From NCBI GenBank assembly GCA_947478955.1, contig CANJXJ010000003.1:1-61416 (forward strand): a stretch of 61,416 nt of DNA. Reading direction: 5' to 3'. The position numbers and the translations under genes were made by a program. Positions 25,628 through 34,548 of the stretch are shown one piece after another (positions within the stretch are counted from its first letter, which is position 1; every line of letters begins with the position of its first letter). The DNA is from Alphaproteobacteria bacterium. Lineage in GTDB: Bacteria; Pseudomonadota; Alphaproteobacteria; Paracaedibacterales; CAITNM01. The notes under the pieces were generated by a model. That model saw nothing but the letters and a program-made list of their open reading frames with translations. It did no database searches and was not told the DNA's origin.

Positions 25628-28008
25628 AATTTTCAAATCAATGGCTAAAAAAATATTTAGACACCAATGCCACAACAGAAGAGATTGCAGTCAAGCTGGT
25701 TGATCTTGGGCTTGAAGTTGAATCAGTTGATGATCCAGCAAACGCACTTGAAGGTTTTGTATACGCACGTGTTGTGGAACGCGAAAAGCACCCTAATGCA
25801 GACAGGCTTTCTTTGTGTAAAGTTGATGCAGGAGGTGGCCAGCTTATCCAAGTTGTGTGTGGTGCACCAAATGTAAAAGCCAATATGGGTGTTGCGTTTG
25901 CATCAGTGGGAACAGTCATTCCTATAACGGGTGAAGCGTTGAAAAAAGGCACCATTCGCGATGTAGAAAGCTGCGGCATGTTGTGTTCTTCTCAGGAATT
26001 ATTACTAGGCGAAGATTCTGACGGTATTATGGACCTAGGATTGGATCATAAGCCCGGCACGCCCCTAACTGATATCATCTCTTGTGATGCTGTTTACGAT
26101 GTTTCAATTACGCCAAATCGAGGCGATTGCTTTTCGGTTTATGGTATTGCCCGTGATTTGAGTGCGGCTGGTGTTGGGGTGCTTAAGGAGCTTGTTATTG
26201 CGAGCCCAGGGAATACAGTGAATTCAATCATTATGGATTCCCGCCTTCGCGGGAATGACAATGATTGTGCTGCTACGCCTTCTGTTACACTAGATACTCC
26301 TTTATGTTTTCAATTTGGTCTTTGCCGAATTAGCGGCGTTAAAAATGGTGAATCACCTGCATGGTTAAAAGATTTATTAATCAGTGCCGGGCAAAAACCT
26401 ATTAGCGCACTAGTTGATATCACCAATTATTTTTGCCTAGGGCTAGGACGTCCTATGCATGTATTCGATGCTGACAAAGTGCAAGGCAATTTAGTTGTAC
26501 GCGAAGCTAAAGACGGTGAAATGCTGGAGGCTCTTAACGGCCAAGAATACCATTTGAAGGATGGAATGGTTGTTGTTGCTGATGATCGTGGTGTTGAAGC
26601 GATTGGAGGAATTATGGGAGGAAGCGAAACAGCGGTGGATGAAAATACCACGAATGTTTTGCTTGAAGCTGCCATTTTTGACCCCGTCTCTATTGCCATA
26701 ACAGGGCAACGCCTTAATTTAATTTCCGATGCGAGAACACGCCTAGAGCGTGGGGTTGATACCGCGGTTGTTAAATCGTTTCTTGATATGGCCATAAAAA
26801 TGATTGTTGAACACTGTGGCGGTTCTCCATCTGCAGCGTTATTGATTGGTAATCAATTGAAAGATCACCCAGCCATTACGCTTGATCACAGCCAAGTAGA
26901 ACAACGACTTGGCCTGGCGGTTGAGCCAAAGGAAATTGTGGATATTTTGCAGCGTTTGGGATGTTCGGTAGAAGAGGGCGCTATTTTAAAAGTTACCCCA
27001 CCAACCTGGCGTCATGATCTTGCAATTCCTGAAGATCTCGTGGAAGAAGTCGCTCGCCTAAAAGGTTACGGTGAAATTACCGCACGAAGCTTGTCTTTGA
27101 AATCAGTGCAGACTGTTGTTTCACGAGAAGACATTGCGCGCAAATACCTAAGCAATCGTGGGTTTTTAGAAACAATCAACTGGTCATTTACAGATAAGGT
27201 AACCGCCAAACAATTTAGCGAATTACCCGATCAATTAGTGCATTTGGCTAATCCAATTAGTGAAGATTTGTCGACAATGCGCCCATCTGTATTGGCATCC
27301 CTGTTAAAAGTAGCAAAATTTAATACATCAAACGCCCGCACAAACGGAGCACTTTTTGAGATTGCGCCAGTCTATGGTGCAAACTTGCCAAATAAACAAA
27401 CCATGTGTATTTCAGGGCTTCGCTTTGGTAATGCTCATGATCGCCATTGGTTATCTGCTTTAAGAAATGTAGATGTCTTTGATGCAAAGGCTGATGTCCT
27501 AAGTGCCTTAAAAGCCTTGAATGTAATTGAATCCTCTGTGCAGCTTTCATCGGATGGGCCATCCCATTATCATCCGGGGCGCAAAGGAATGTTTAAACAA
27601 GGTAACCGAGTTTTAGCGCATTTTGGTGAACTACATCCCAAGCTTACAGATGGGCTAAATGCAGTAGGATTTGAGATATTTTTGGATTTGTTACCTTTAG
27701 CTAAACCCAAAAAAGTTCAAGCAACATTAACTGACCTTATGCCTGTACGACGTGACTTTGCTTTTGTGTTAGATGTTTCCATGCCTGCCCAAATGCTTAT
27801 TAAAGCAGTTGAAAAAGCGAGTGATCTTATTACGCGAGTAGACGTTTTTGACTGCTACCAAGGCCCCCACGTGGAACCAGGCAAAAAATCCTTGGCCTTT
27901 TCGGTTACTTTGCAGCCAACAGTAAAAACCCTGGATGAAGTAGCCCTCACCCAGGTTCATGAAGTTATTGTTCAAGCTGCAGCGAAGATTGGGTCAACGC
28001 TGAGATAG
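25624..28008 (+). CDS. pheT: Phenylalanine--tRNA ligase beta subunit (carries a 22-codon repeat-element insertion)
   Basis: N-terminal tRNA-binding domain (HPNADRLSLCKVDAGG..QVVCGAPN), B3/4 and B5 regions, C-terminal FDX-ACB-like domain. ATGA overlap with pheS. Confidence 0.92.
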   Translation: MKFSNQWLKKYLDTNATTEEIAVKLVDLGLEVESVDDPANALEGFVYARVVEREKHPNADRLSLCKVDAGGGQLIQVVCGAPNVKANMGVAFASVGTVIPITGEALKKGTIRDVESCGMLCSSQELLLGEDSDGIMDLGLDHKPGTPLTDIISCDAVYDVSITPNRGDCFSVYGIARDLSAAGVGVLKELVIASPGNTVNSIIMDSRLRGNDNDCAATPSVTLDTPLCFQFGLCRISGVKNGESPAWLKDLLISAGQKPISALVDITNYFCLGLGRPMHVFDADKVQGNLVVREAKDGEMLEALNGQEYHLKDGMVVVADDRGVEAIGGIMGGSETAVDENTTNVLLEAAIFDPVSIAITGQRLNLISDARTRLERGVDTAVVKSFLDMAIKMIVEHCGGSPSAALLIGNQLKDHPAITLDHSQVEQRLGLAVEPKEIVDILQRLGCSVEEGAILKVTPPTWRHDLAIPEDLVEEVARLKGYGEITARSLSLKSVQTVVSREDIARKYLSNRGFLETINWSFTDKVTAKQFSELPDQLVHLANPISEDLSTMRPSVLASLLKVAKFNTSNARTNGALFEIAPVYGANLPNKQTMCISGLRFGNAHDRHWLSALRNVDVFDAKADVLSALKALNVIESSVQLSSDGPSHYHPGRKGMFKQGNRVLAHFGELHPKLTDGLNAVGFEIFLDLLPLAKPKKVQATLTDLMPVRRDFAFVLDVSMPAQMLIKAVEKASDLITRVDVFDCYQGPHVEPGKKSLAFSVTLQPTVKTLDEVALTQVHEVIVQAAAKIGSTLR
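26194..26259. repeat. Palindromic element copy D inside the pheT reading frame
   Basis: GTTATTGCGAGCCCAGGGAATACAGTGAATTCAATCATTATGGATTCCCGCCTTCGCGGGAATGAC. The right arm and spacer are near-identical to copy E (34473-34540), and the left arm is degenerate. It is 66 nt (22 codons), starts on a codon boundary, and translates to VIASPGNTVNSIIMDSRLRGND. Confidence 0.75.
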
Positions 28009-28624
28009 GTCCTCTATGATCTCCCAGACTTACATTTTCAGCTCCACCATCACTACTGGTTATGGTGTTGGGCACATCAACTATTGAAAAACCGACTTTT
28101 TTAGCGAGTCCTTTCAAAAGGAGTTCTCTTTCTCGTTGTTCACGAGCGCCATATCTGGCGATGCCAAGAAACGATCCGCCGACAACAACGCACGCTGCTC
28201 CTGTAAAAAGCACTGTGTTAGCAAGGCTGTCTGCACCAACAAGGGACATAATGGAAGAAATTGTCTCGAGCCCTACTCCTACAGGTAATAATAGGTTGGC
28301 AAAACCTTCAGTATAATTAGCGAATTTTCTAAAAAACCATCTTGTACTTCTAAGGTCTTTCAGATGATCCATATAGTCATCACTAAGAATTTCGTGAGCT
28401 TCTGATACCCTTTGTGTATTTATTCTGGTTCTGTGTGCGATTGCGGCAGAGTCTTCAGAGCCAGAAAAAGAGCTACGATCTGCGTTTAGGCCTGGGGCAT
28501 GTTGCCCTGCCCGAAGTTCTTCTTCTATATCAATACGTACATCTTCCACAGGGGTGTCGTCAGCACTGTTAGCGAAATTTGAGAAAGTTATTGATAACAC
28601 TAATAAGATAAATTTTGTAATCAT
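27965..28624 (-). CDS. Hypothetical secreted/membrane protein, tandem paralog 1
   Basis: Signal-like MITKFILLVLSITFSNFANSA. Conserved blocks shared with 28747-29433: STRWFFRKFANYTEGFANLLL, a G/A/C-rich hydrophobic segment, and GAREQRERELLLKGLAKKVGF. The start is chosen from the conserved leader alignment. Confidence 0.6.
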   Translation of the reverse strand: MITKFILLVLSITFSNFANSADDTPVEDVRIDIEEELRAGQHAPGLNADRSSFSGSEDSAAIAHRTRINTQRVSEAHEILSDDYMDHLKDLRSTRWFFRKFANYTEGFANLLLPVGVGLETISSIMSLVGADSLANTVLFTGAACVVVGGSFLGIARYGAREQRERELLLKGLAKKVGFSIVDVPNTITSSDGGAENVSLGDHRGPISALTQSSLQLEQ

Positions 28625-28705
28625 ATAATACCAAATGTTAATAATTAGCAATTATATAATCTCATATTAATATTAATTATTTGTTTACTAACATTAAAAT
28701 TTTAA
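28625..28705 (-). promoter_or_regulatory. Conserved AT-rich 5' leader/promoter of paralog 1
   Basis: TACCAAATGTTAATAATTAGCAATTATATAATCTCATATTAATATTAATTATTTGTTTACTAACATTAAAATTT aligns with 29434-29512. Confidence 0.4.
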
Positions 28706-28746
28706 TAAAGGACTTTTATATATTAAAAACCTGAATGAAAAATTAT

Positions 28747-29433
28747 TCATCCAGGCATATGAAGCGTGCGTTTAATGGGCAGCAGTGGTGGTAACGTTAA
28801 GGCTGCAGGGAGCGGTGATAGCTGTAAATGTGCATCTGCTCCTGTTGAAACTACTGCTGGAGTTCCCATCGTAGCGGTAGGCCCAGTACTAGTTGCATCA
28901 TCTGTTATGATGGGTCTTAAAGGGACTACGTGGAATCCTATTTCTGCTGCTAAATCTTTAAGGTGCTGCTCTCTTTCTCCTTCTTCACGAGCACCACATT
29001 TTGCGCATCCAAGACAGCACACATGTGTTGCAAGACACATTAAACCTGAACAAGTGATAAAAGGAGCTGCGGGAGGGTAAATAGGGGTGACTGCTGCTGC
29101 CACTCCTGGAGCAGCTGCGCTAAAATACAAAAGAACATTGCCAAGAGATTCAGTAACATTAGCTATTTTTCTAAAAAACCATCGCGTGCTGATAAGGTCG
29201 CTAACATTGCGTTCATAATCATTAGCAAGAAGTTCACGGGCTCGCTTGGTTCTTTCTGGCCCCAGCCCTTCAGGAGCATCTGATGTAATTGGAGGAGTAG
29301 CAGCGACTCTTATCAGAGGTGTTTGTGCAGTATCTCCCCCTAATGCTGATTCTACATCAGCGTGAGGAGTTGAAGCACTAGAAAGACATGCAAAACCTAT
29401 GTAAGCAATTAAAATTGTAAATTTGGTTTTCAT
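28747..29433 (-). CDS. Hypothetical secreted/membrane protein, tandem paralog 2
   Basis: Signal-like MKTKFTILIAYIGFACLSSAS, then STRWFFRKIANVTESLGNVLL, a Cys-rich hydrophobic segment (CSGLMCLATHVCCLGCAKC) and GAREEGEREQHLKDLAAEIGF. Confidence 0.6.
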   Translation of the reverse strand: MKTKFTILIAYIGFACLSSASTPHADVESALGGDTAQTPLIRVAATPPITSDAPEGLGPERTKRARELLANDYERNVSDLISTRWFFRKIANVTESLGNVLLYFSAAAPGVAAAVTPIYPPAAPFITCSGLMCLATHVCCLGCAKCGAREEGEREQHLKDLAAEIGFHVVPLRPIITDDATSTGPTATMGTPAVVSTGADAHLQLSPLPAALTLPPLLPIKRTLHMPG

Positions 29434-29512
29434 AAAATTACCAGATTAATTTTAGTAACTTTATATTCTCATATTAGTGTTAAGCATTAGTTTATAATTA
29501 ATAAAATTTGAT
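29434..29512 (-). promoter_or_regulatory. Conserved AT-rich 5' leader/promoter of paralog 2
   Basis: TACCAGATTAATTTTAGTAACTTTATATTCTCATATTAGTGTTAAGCATTAGTTTATAATTAATAAAATTT aligns with 28625-28705. Confidence 0.4.
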
Positions 29513-29795
29513 CAATGGGCTTATTGTGAAATATTCTTATAGGGCACTAAAAAGGCGAAAAGTTAGTTACGAGCCCATTGTACATGTTTGATTTATTCAG
29601 ACCCTCGACTCCCATCCCTCTTCTCCGAGACTACGAAGCGGTCGTGCTTATCTAGTAATTAGTATCCATATTGTTTATTACACTGGATTGCCTCACTCCT
29701 TCGGAGTATACAATGACGTGTTTTTCGCTTTGGGGTAAGTGGACCAAAAACGACAGGTAGCGAGCTGGAAAATACGAAAACCCATAACCAGGCAT

Positions 29796-29832
29796 AAAAA
29801 AAGCGCCGAGAAATTATCCCGGCGCCTTTTTA
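29796..29832 (-). terminator. Rho-independent terminator downstream of the PPIase gene
   Basis: The minus strand reads GGCGCCGGGATAATTTCTCGGCGC followed by TTTTTTTA, with a GCGCCG/CGGCGC stem. It begins about 15 nt after the stop at 29847. Confidence 0.7.
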
Positions 29833-29846
29833 ATATTCCAAGCAAT

Positions 29847-31649
29847 TTAGGCGGCTGGAGCAGCTGCTGCTGGTGCTTGTGGTGCTTCATCCTTAAGGCT
29901 AAGTACGCCACCGTTCATATCAAACGCTTTAACGCCTGAATCAACACGTAACTTGTCTAGCACTTCAGCGATTTTCTCAGATTCAACGATCTTTTGAAGT
30001 TCGCCTTTTACTTCATCAAACTTCGGTGGTTCAATTGGACGCTTATCTTCTACGCGTACAACGCTCCAACCAAGTTTACCAAGACTTATTGGATTTGGAA
30101 TGAGGGTTGCTTTAGCAGCAGCAAATACAACATTACCAAATTCACCAGGAAGCTCATCACGCTTCACATAACCGATTTCACCTTTTTTATCTTTCGTTTT
30201 GTCATCAAGTGATTTAGTTTTGACTAAATCATCAAAAGATTTACCGGACTTGATTTCCTTAATCACAGCTTCGGCTTCTTCTTTTGTTTTAACCATTATA
30301 TGACGAAGACGAACTTCCATCTGGTTCTTAGGCAGTAGCTTTAACAACTCTTGGTATTTTGTCTTCAGCATGCCATCGTTTACAAGTTCTGCCACTTTCT
30401 TATCTAAGAAAGCTTTGTGTAATGTTGCAGACTTAACATCTTCAAGCTTTTTAACGGTAGCTTTGTCGTTTTCAAGACCTGACGCTTTTGCTGCATCTAG
30501 GATGAGTTTCATGTCAACAAGGCGTAGCGCTAAGGGTTCAAAAATTTCCCCAAATGGCGTTCCTTGAAGTTGAGGTGGCAATGTTTTTACGGCATCCTTC
30601 ACGTTTTTCAACGTAATGGTGTGGCCGTCTTTAAACTTCGCTACAACCATAGCTTCATCTAATTTTGAAAGATCAACCTCTGGCTTCTTGATGCCTTTTT
30701 CTGCGTCTTCTTTGATTTGCTCTGGAGTTTTTTCAACAACAGGCTTGCCATCAAGACCAGTAATTTCTACGCCGGATTGCTTTTTAATCTTGTCAATTAC
30801 TTGAACAGCATATTTTGGCGTTAAGGCTTTTGTAAGCTCAGCTTTTACTTGCTCAAATTTAGGTGGCTCTGCATTACGCTGTTCTCCTACAAGTACAACA
30901 CTGAAACCGTTTGGCCCCATGTCAATGGCTTGAGGTAATATAGCGCCCGCTTTTGCTTCAAATACAACTTTTGCAAATGCTTCTGGTAAATCAGCTTTAC
31001 GAACGTAGCCTAGGCTTCCACCATTTGCTTTTGTTTGTGGATCAATTGACTTTTGCTTTGCAGCTTCTTCGAACTTGGAAGGATCTTTTTCCAATTCTTT
31101 CACCATAGCTTCAGCTTCTTCTTTAGTCTTTACGAGGATGTGCTTTAACTGCACTTCTTTTTCGTCTTTTGGAAGCTTAGCTTTTAATTCTTCGAAATTC
31201 TTTTTAATTTCTTCTTCAGTAAGAAGCTTTGCAACTTCACCTTCGATGAATAATTTTTGCAGCATTGTTTCTGCATTCTTATTCATTTGCTCAATAACTT
31301 CAGGCGCTTTGTCCAGCCCAAGTTCAGATGCTGCTTTGTTTAGAATGTGTGTATCAATTAAACGACGTAGCAAGGCTGCATAAAGTTTTGAGAAAGGACG
31401 GTCCTTTATTTCAGCAGGCAAAAGATTAAGTTGTTCATAAACTTGTGCCATTGTCATTTTTGTTCCATCAGGGAATTCAGCAACAACTTTTGCTTGCTCT
31501 CCTGCTGGTGCAGCTTCAACTTTAGGAGCCTCTACTTTTTGTGGTGCTTCGGCTTTTGCAGGTTCTTGTGCTTTTTCATCTTTTTTGTCGCAAGAAACGG
31601 CTAACATTGTCAACAAAGCAAGGCTGAGTTGACTTACGGTTTTTTTCAT
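29847..31649 (-). CDS. Lipoprotein peptidyl-prolyl isomerase with two SurA-N-like plus parvulin (PpiC) modules
   Basis: Lipobox LAVSC. There are two ~250-aa modules (aa ~54-300 and ~334-580), each containing a parvulin block (VQLKHILVKTKEEAEAMVKEL...GGSLGYV... and VRLRHIMVKTKEEAEAVIKEI...KGEIGYV...). Both termini are Ala/Pro/Lys-rich. Confidence 0.8.
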   Translation of the reverse strand: MKKTVSQLSLALLTMLAVSCDKKDEKAQEPAKAEAPQKVEAPKVEAAPAGEQAKVVAEFPDGTKMTMAQVYEQLNLLPAEIKDRPFSKLYAALLRRLIDTHILNKAASELGLDKAPEVIEQMNKNAETMLQKLFIEGEVAKLLTEEEIKKNFEELKAKLPKDEKEVQLKHILVKTKEEAEAMVKELEKDPSKFEEAAKQKSIDPQTKANGGSLGYVRKADLPEAFAKVVFEAKAGAILPQAIDMGPNGFSVVLVGEQRNAEPPKFEQVKAELTKALTPKYAVQVIDKIKKQSGVEITGLDGKPVVEKTPEQIKEDAEKGIKKPEVDLSKLDEAMVVAKFKDGHTITLKNVKDAVKTLPPQLQGTPFGEIFEPLALRLVDMKLILDAAKASGLENDKATVKKLEDVKSATLHKAFLDKKVAELVNDGMLKTKYQELLKLLPKNQMEVRLRHIMVKTKEEAEAVIKEIKSGKSFDDLVKTKSLDDKTKDKKGEIGYVKRDELPGEFGNVVFAAAKATLIPNPISLGKLGWSVVRVEDKRPIEPPKFDEVKGELQKIVESEKIAEVLDKLRVDSGVKAFDMNGGVLSLKDEAPQAPAAAAPAA

Positions 31650-31782
31650 GAAAATACCCTTTTACGTTTGAGTAACTAATTGTGTGCATACTATAGCATA
31701 CCAGGAAGCAATGAGTAGCCATTTTTATCCAATCTAAGTATACTGATTGAAATTGTTATAAATCTAACACAATAAGGAATGT

Positions 31783-34458
31783 ATGTTATCTAGTTTGATG
31801 CGCCGGTTTTTTGGCTCTGCAAATGATCGTTTGGTAAAGCAGCTAGGCAAAGTTGTTGCGAAAATTAATGGACTTGAAAGCCATTACCAAACCCTAACCG
31901 ATGATCAACTTCGTGAAAATACTCTGCGCTTTAAGGCGCGGATTGCAAATGGTGAAACCTTAGACGATATTTTGCCAGAAGCGTTTGCCAATGTTCGAGA
32001 AGCTGCAAAGCGTGTTTTGGGTCTACGTCCTTTTGATGTCCAGCTGATTGGAGGCATGGTACTTCATAAAGGTATGCTTGCTGAAATGAAAACCGGTGAA
32101 GGAAAAACCCTAGTTGCAACACTGCCGATGTACCTAAATGCCTTATCAGGTAAGGGTGCTCACTTAGTTACCATCAACGATTATCTTGTGAAACGTGACG
32201 TTGAATGGATGGGCGGAATTTATCGGTTTCTAGGCTTAACAGCGGGTGGTATTTACCATGAGCTTAATGATGCGCAGCGCCGCGAGGCTTACGCCTGCGA
32301 TATTACCTATGGAACCAACCACGAATTTGGTTTTGATTATCTGCGCGACAACATGAAGTTCCGTAAATCAGATCTGGTTATGCGGGACTTTAACTATGCA
32401 ATTGTTGACGAAGTTGACAGTATTCTTATTGATGAGGCGCGGACACCACTTATTATTTCTGGTTCTGCTGAAGATTCTTCAGAACTTTATGCAAAGATTA
32501 ATGATGTTATCCCTCTTCTTGAAGAAGGCGATTTTGAAAAAGACGAAAAACAACATAGTGTGATGCTTACCGAATCAGGCATTGAAAAAATTGAAGGTGC
32601 CCTTAAGGAAAAGGGAATCCTTAAAGGTGGATTGTATGATGTGCAAAGTATTTCAGTGGTTCACCATGTGCAAGCAGCCTTAAAAGCTCATAAACTTTAT
32701 AGTCGAGATGTTGAGTATATCGTCCGTAATGGCGAAGTTATTATTGTTGATGAATTCACTGGCCGTATGATGGAAGGCCGTCGCTATTCAGATGGTCTGC
32801 ATCAAGCGATTGAAGCAAAAGAAAAAGTTGAAATTGCTGAAGAAAATCAAACCTTAGCATCCATTACTTACCAGAACTTTTTCCGTCTTTATCCTAAATT
32901 AGGTGGCATGGCCGGAACGGCCATGACTGAAGCGCCTGAGTTTGAAGAAATTTATAATTTGCAGGTTGTGGAAATTCCAACTAACCGTGTGGTTACTCGT
33001 GTTGATGCGGACGATGAAATTTACTTAACTGCTCCTGAAAAATATAAAGCTGTCGCTAAGTTAGTGCGCGGGTGCCAAGAACGCGGCCAGCCTGTTCTTA
33101 TTGGCACAACAAGTATTGAAAAGTCTGAAATTCTTTCAAGTCTACTTGATGCAGAGGGCGTTAAACACCAAGTGCTGAACGCAAGGCACCATGAACGTGA
33201 AGCGAGTATTATTGCCGAAGCCGGGCAAAGTGGCGCGGTTACTGTTGCTACGAACATGGCAGGCCGTGGTACGGACATTAAACTTGGCGGAAATTGGGAA
33301 ATGCGCGTCAAGCTAGAGCTTGACGATATTCCTGAAGGACCAGCGCGCGATGCTGCAATTCAACGTATTAAAGATGAAGTTACAGCAGATGAGGCTAAAG
33401 TTATTGCAGCTGGTGGCTTGTACATTGTGGGTACTGAACGTCATGAAAGCCGGCGTATTGATAACCAGTTACGGGGACGGGCAGGGCGTCAGGGCGACCC
33501 AGGAGCATCTAAGTTTTTCATCTCTTTGGATGATGATCTGATGCGTATATTTGCAGCAACTGATAAGTTACGTGAGTATTTGCGTAAAATGGGTGCGCAA
33601 GAAGATGAAGCCATTTCTCATCGTTATATTAGTAAATCCTTAGAAAAAGCTCAGCAACGAGTTGAAGCTAGAAACTTCGATATTCGTAAGCATCTTTTGC
33701 GTTATGACGATGTCATGAATGATCAGAGAAAAATCGTGTATGCGCAACGTCGTGAATTGATGGAAAAAGAGAGCATTAAAGAAATGGTCGAAGAAATTCG
33801 TCAGGATGTTGCTTATGAGCTTGTCCAGGGTCACCTACCATCTGATACTGTTGCTAACAACTGGGATTTTGAGGCGCTGAAGTTAGAATGTGAAACAGTA
33901 TTTGATGTTCAATTAGACATTCAGAAAATTCAAGCGATGCCTAATGTTTCCGCTGCATTTTTAACTCAAACCATTATTGATTTAAGTGACGAACGTGCGA
34001 AAAATCTTGAGGCAACCTTGGGCGACCTAGCAGTGCGTCATGCTGAGAAGACGGTGTTGCTACGTATTCTTGATCAACATTGGAAAGAACATTTGTTGGC
34101 GTTGGATCATATTCGTCACGGTATTAACTTGCGCGCTTATGCTCAAGGAAACCCTTTAAATGAATACAAACGAGAAGCCTTTAACCAATTCCAATTGATG
34201 ATGGGCCGTCTTAAAGTTGAATTCTTAAGTGCATTGCATCACTTTAAAACTTCAGCTCCTGTTGATGTTGCATTAGAAGAAATGCTGGGACAAATTGACT
34301 TTTCTAAGTTACATGAAAACTATCCCCAGGAAAATGAACAAGAACCAGTTGAGCCAAGTTTTCAATCCGATACAGGCGATAGAGTTTCTAGAAATACAGT
34401 CTGCCCTTGTGGTTCAGGTAAGAAATTTAAGCATTGTCACGGAGCGATTGCTAATTAA
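31783..34458 (+). CDS. secA: Preprotein translocase ATPase SecA
   Basis: MKTGEGKTLVA, DEVDSILIDEARTPLIISG, TNMAGRGTDIKLGG, C-terminal zinc finger CPCGSGKKFKHCHG. Confidence 0.97.
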   Translation: MLSSLMRRFFGSANDRLVKQLGKVVAKINGLESHYQTLTDDQLRENTLRFKARIANGETLDDILPEAFANVREAAKRVLGLRPFDVQLIGGMVLHKGMLAEMKTGEGKTLVATLPMYLNALSGKGAHLVTINDYLVKRDVEWMGGIYRFLGLTAGGIYHELNDAQRREAYACDITYGTNHEFGFDYLRDNMKFRKSDLVMRDFNYAIVDEVDSILIDEARTPLIISGSAEDSSELYAKINDVIPLLEEGDFEKDEKQHSVMLTESGIEKIEGALKEKGILKGGLYDVQSISVVHHVQAALKAHKLYSRDVEYIVRNGEVIIVDEFTGRMMEGRRYSDGLHQAIEAKEKVEIAEENQTLASITYQNFFRLYPKLGGMAGTAMTEAPEFEEIYNLQVVEIPTNRVVTRVDADDEIYLTAPEKYKAVAKLVRGCQERGQPVLIGTTSIEKSEILSSLLDAEGVKHQVLNARHHEREASIIAEAGQSGAVTVATNMAGRGTDIKLGGNWEMRVKLELDDIPEGPARDAAIQRIKDEVTADEAKVIAAGGLYIVGTERHESRRIDNQLRGRAGRQGDPGASKFFISLDDDLMRIFAATDKLREYLRKMGAQEDEAISHRYISKSLEKAQQRVEARNFDIRKHLLRYDDVMNDQRKIVYAQRRELMEKESIKEMVEEIRQDVAYELVQGHLPSDTVANNWDFEALKLECETVFDVQLDIQKIQAMPNVSAAFLTQTIIDLSDERAKNLEATLGDLAVRHAEKTVLLRILDQHWKEHLLALDHIRHGINLRAYAQGNPLNEYKREAFNQFQLMMGRLKVEFLSALHHFKTSAPVDVALEEMLGQIDFSKLHENYPQENEQEPVEPSFQSDTGDRVSRNTVCPCGSGKKFKHCHGAIAN

Positions 34459-34472
34459 ATAGAGTTTATCTT

Positions 34473-34540
34473 GTCATTCCCTTGGAAAAGGGAATCCAGT
34501 GAAACTAATCATTATGGATTCCCGCCTTCGCGGGAATGAC
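34473..34540. repeat. Palindromic element copy E (68 nt) between convergent genes
   Basis: GTCATTCCCTTGGAAAAGGGAATCCAGTGAAACTAATCATTATGGATTCCCGCCTTCGCGGGAATGAC lies between the secA stop and the stop of 34549-35310. Confidence 0.85.
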
Positions 34541-34548
34541 ACCTGTAC

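Noticed and set aside
29434-29846. Possible two-piece (permuted) or standard tmRNA gene
   Set aside because: GGAGUCGAGGG on the minus strand and GGGGUAAG.../...CUUCUCC on the plus strand gave partial resemblance. I could not build a T arm, a G3:U70 acceptor stem with ACCA, or a plausible tag ORF ending in Ala-Ala. A generic structured-RNA candidate is kept only as a low-interest finding.
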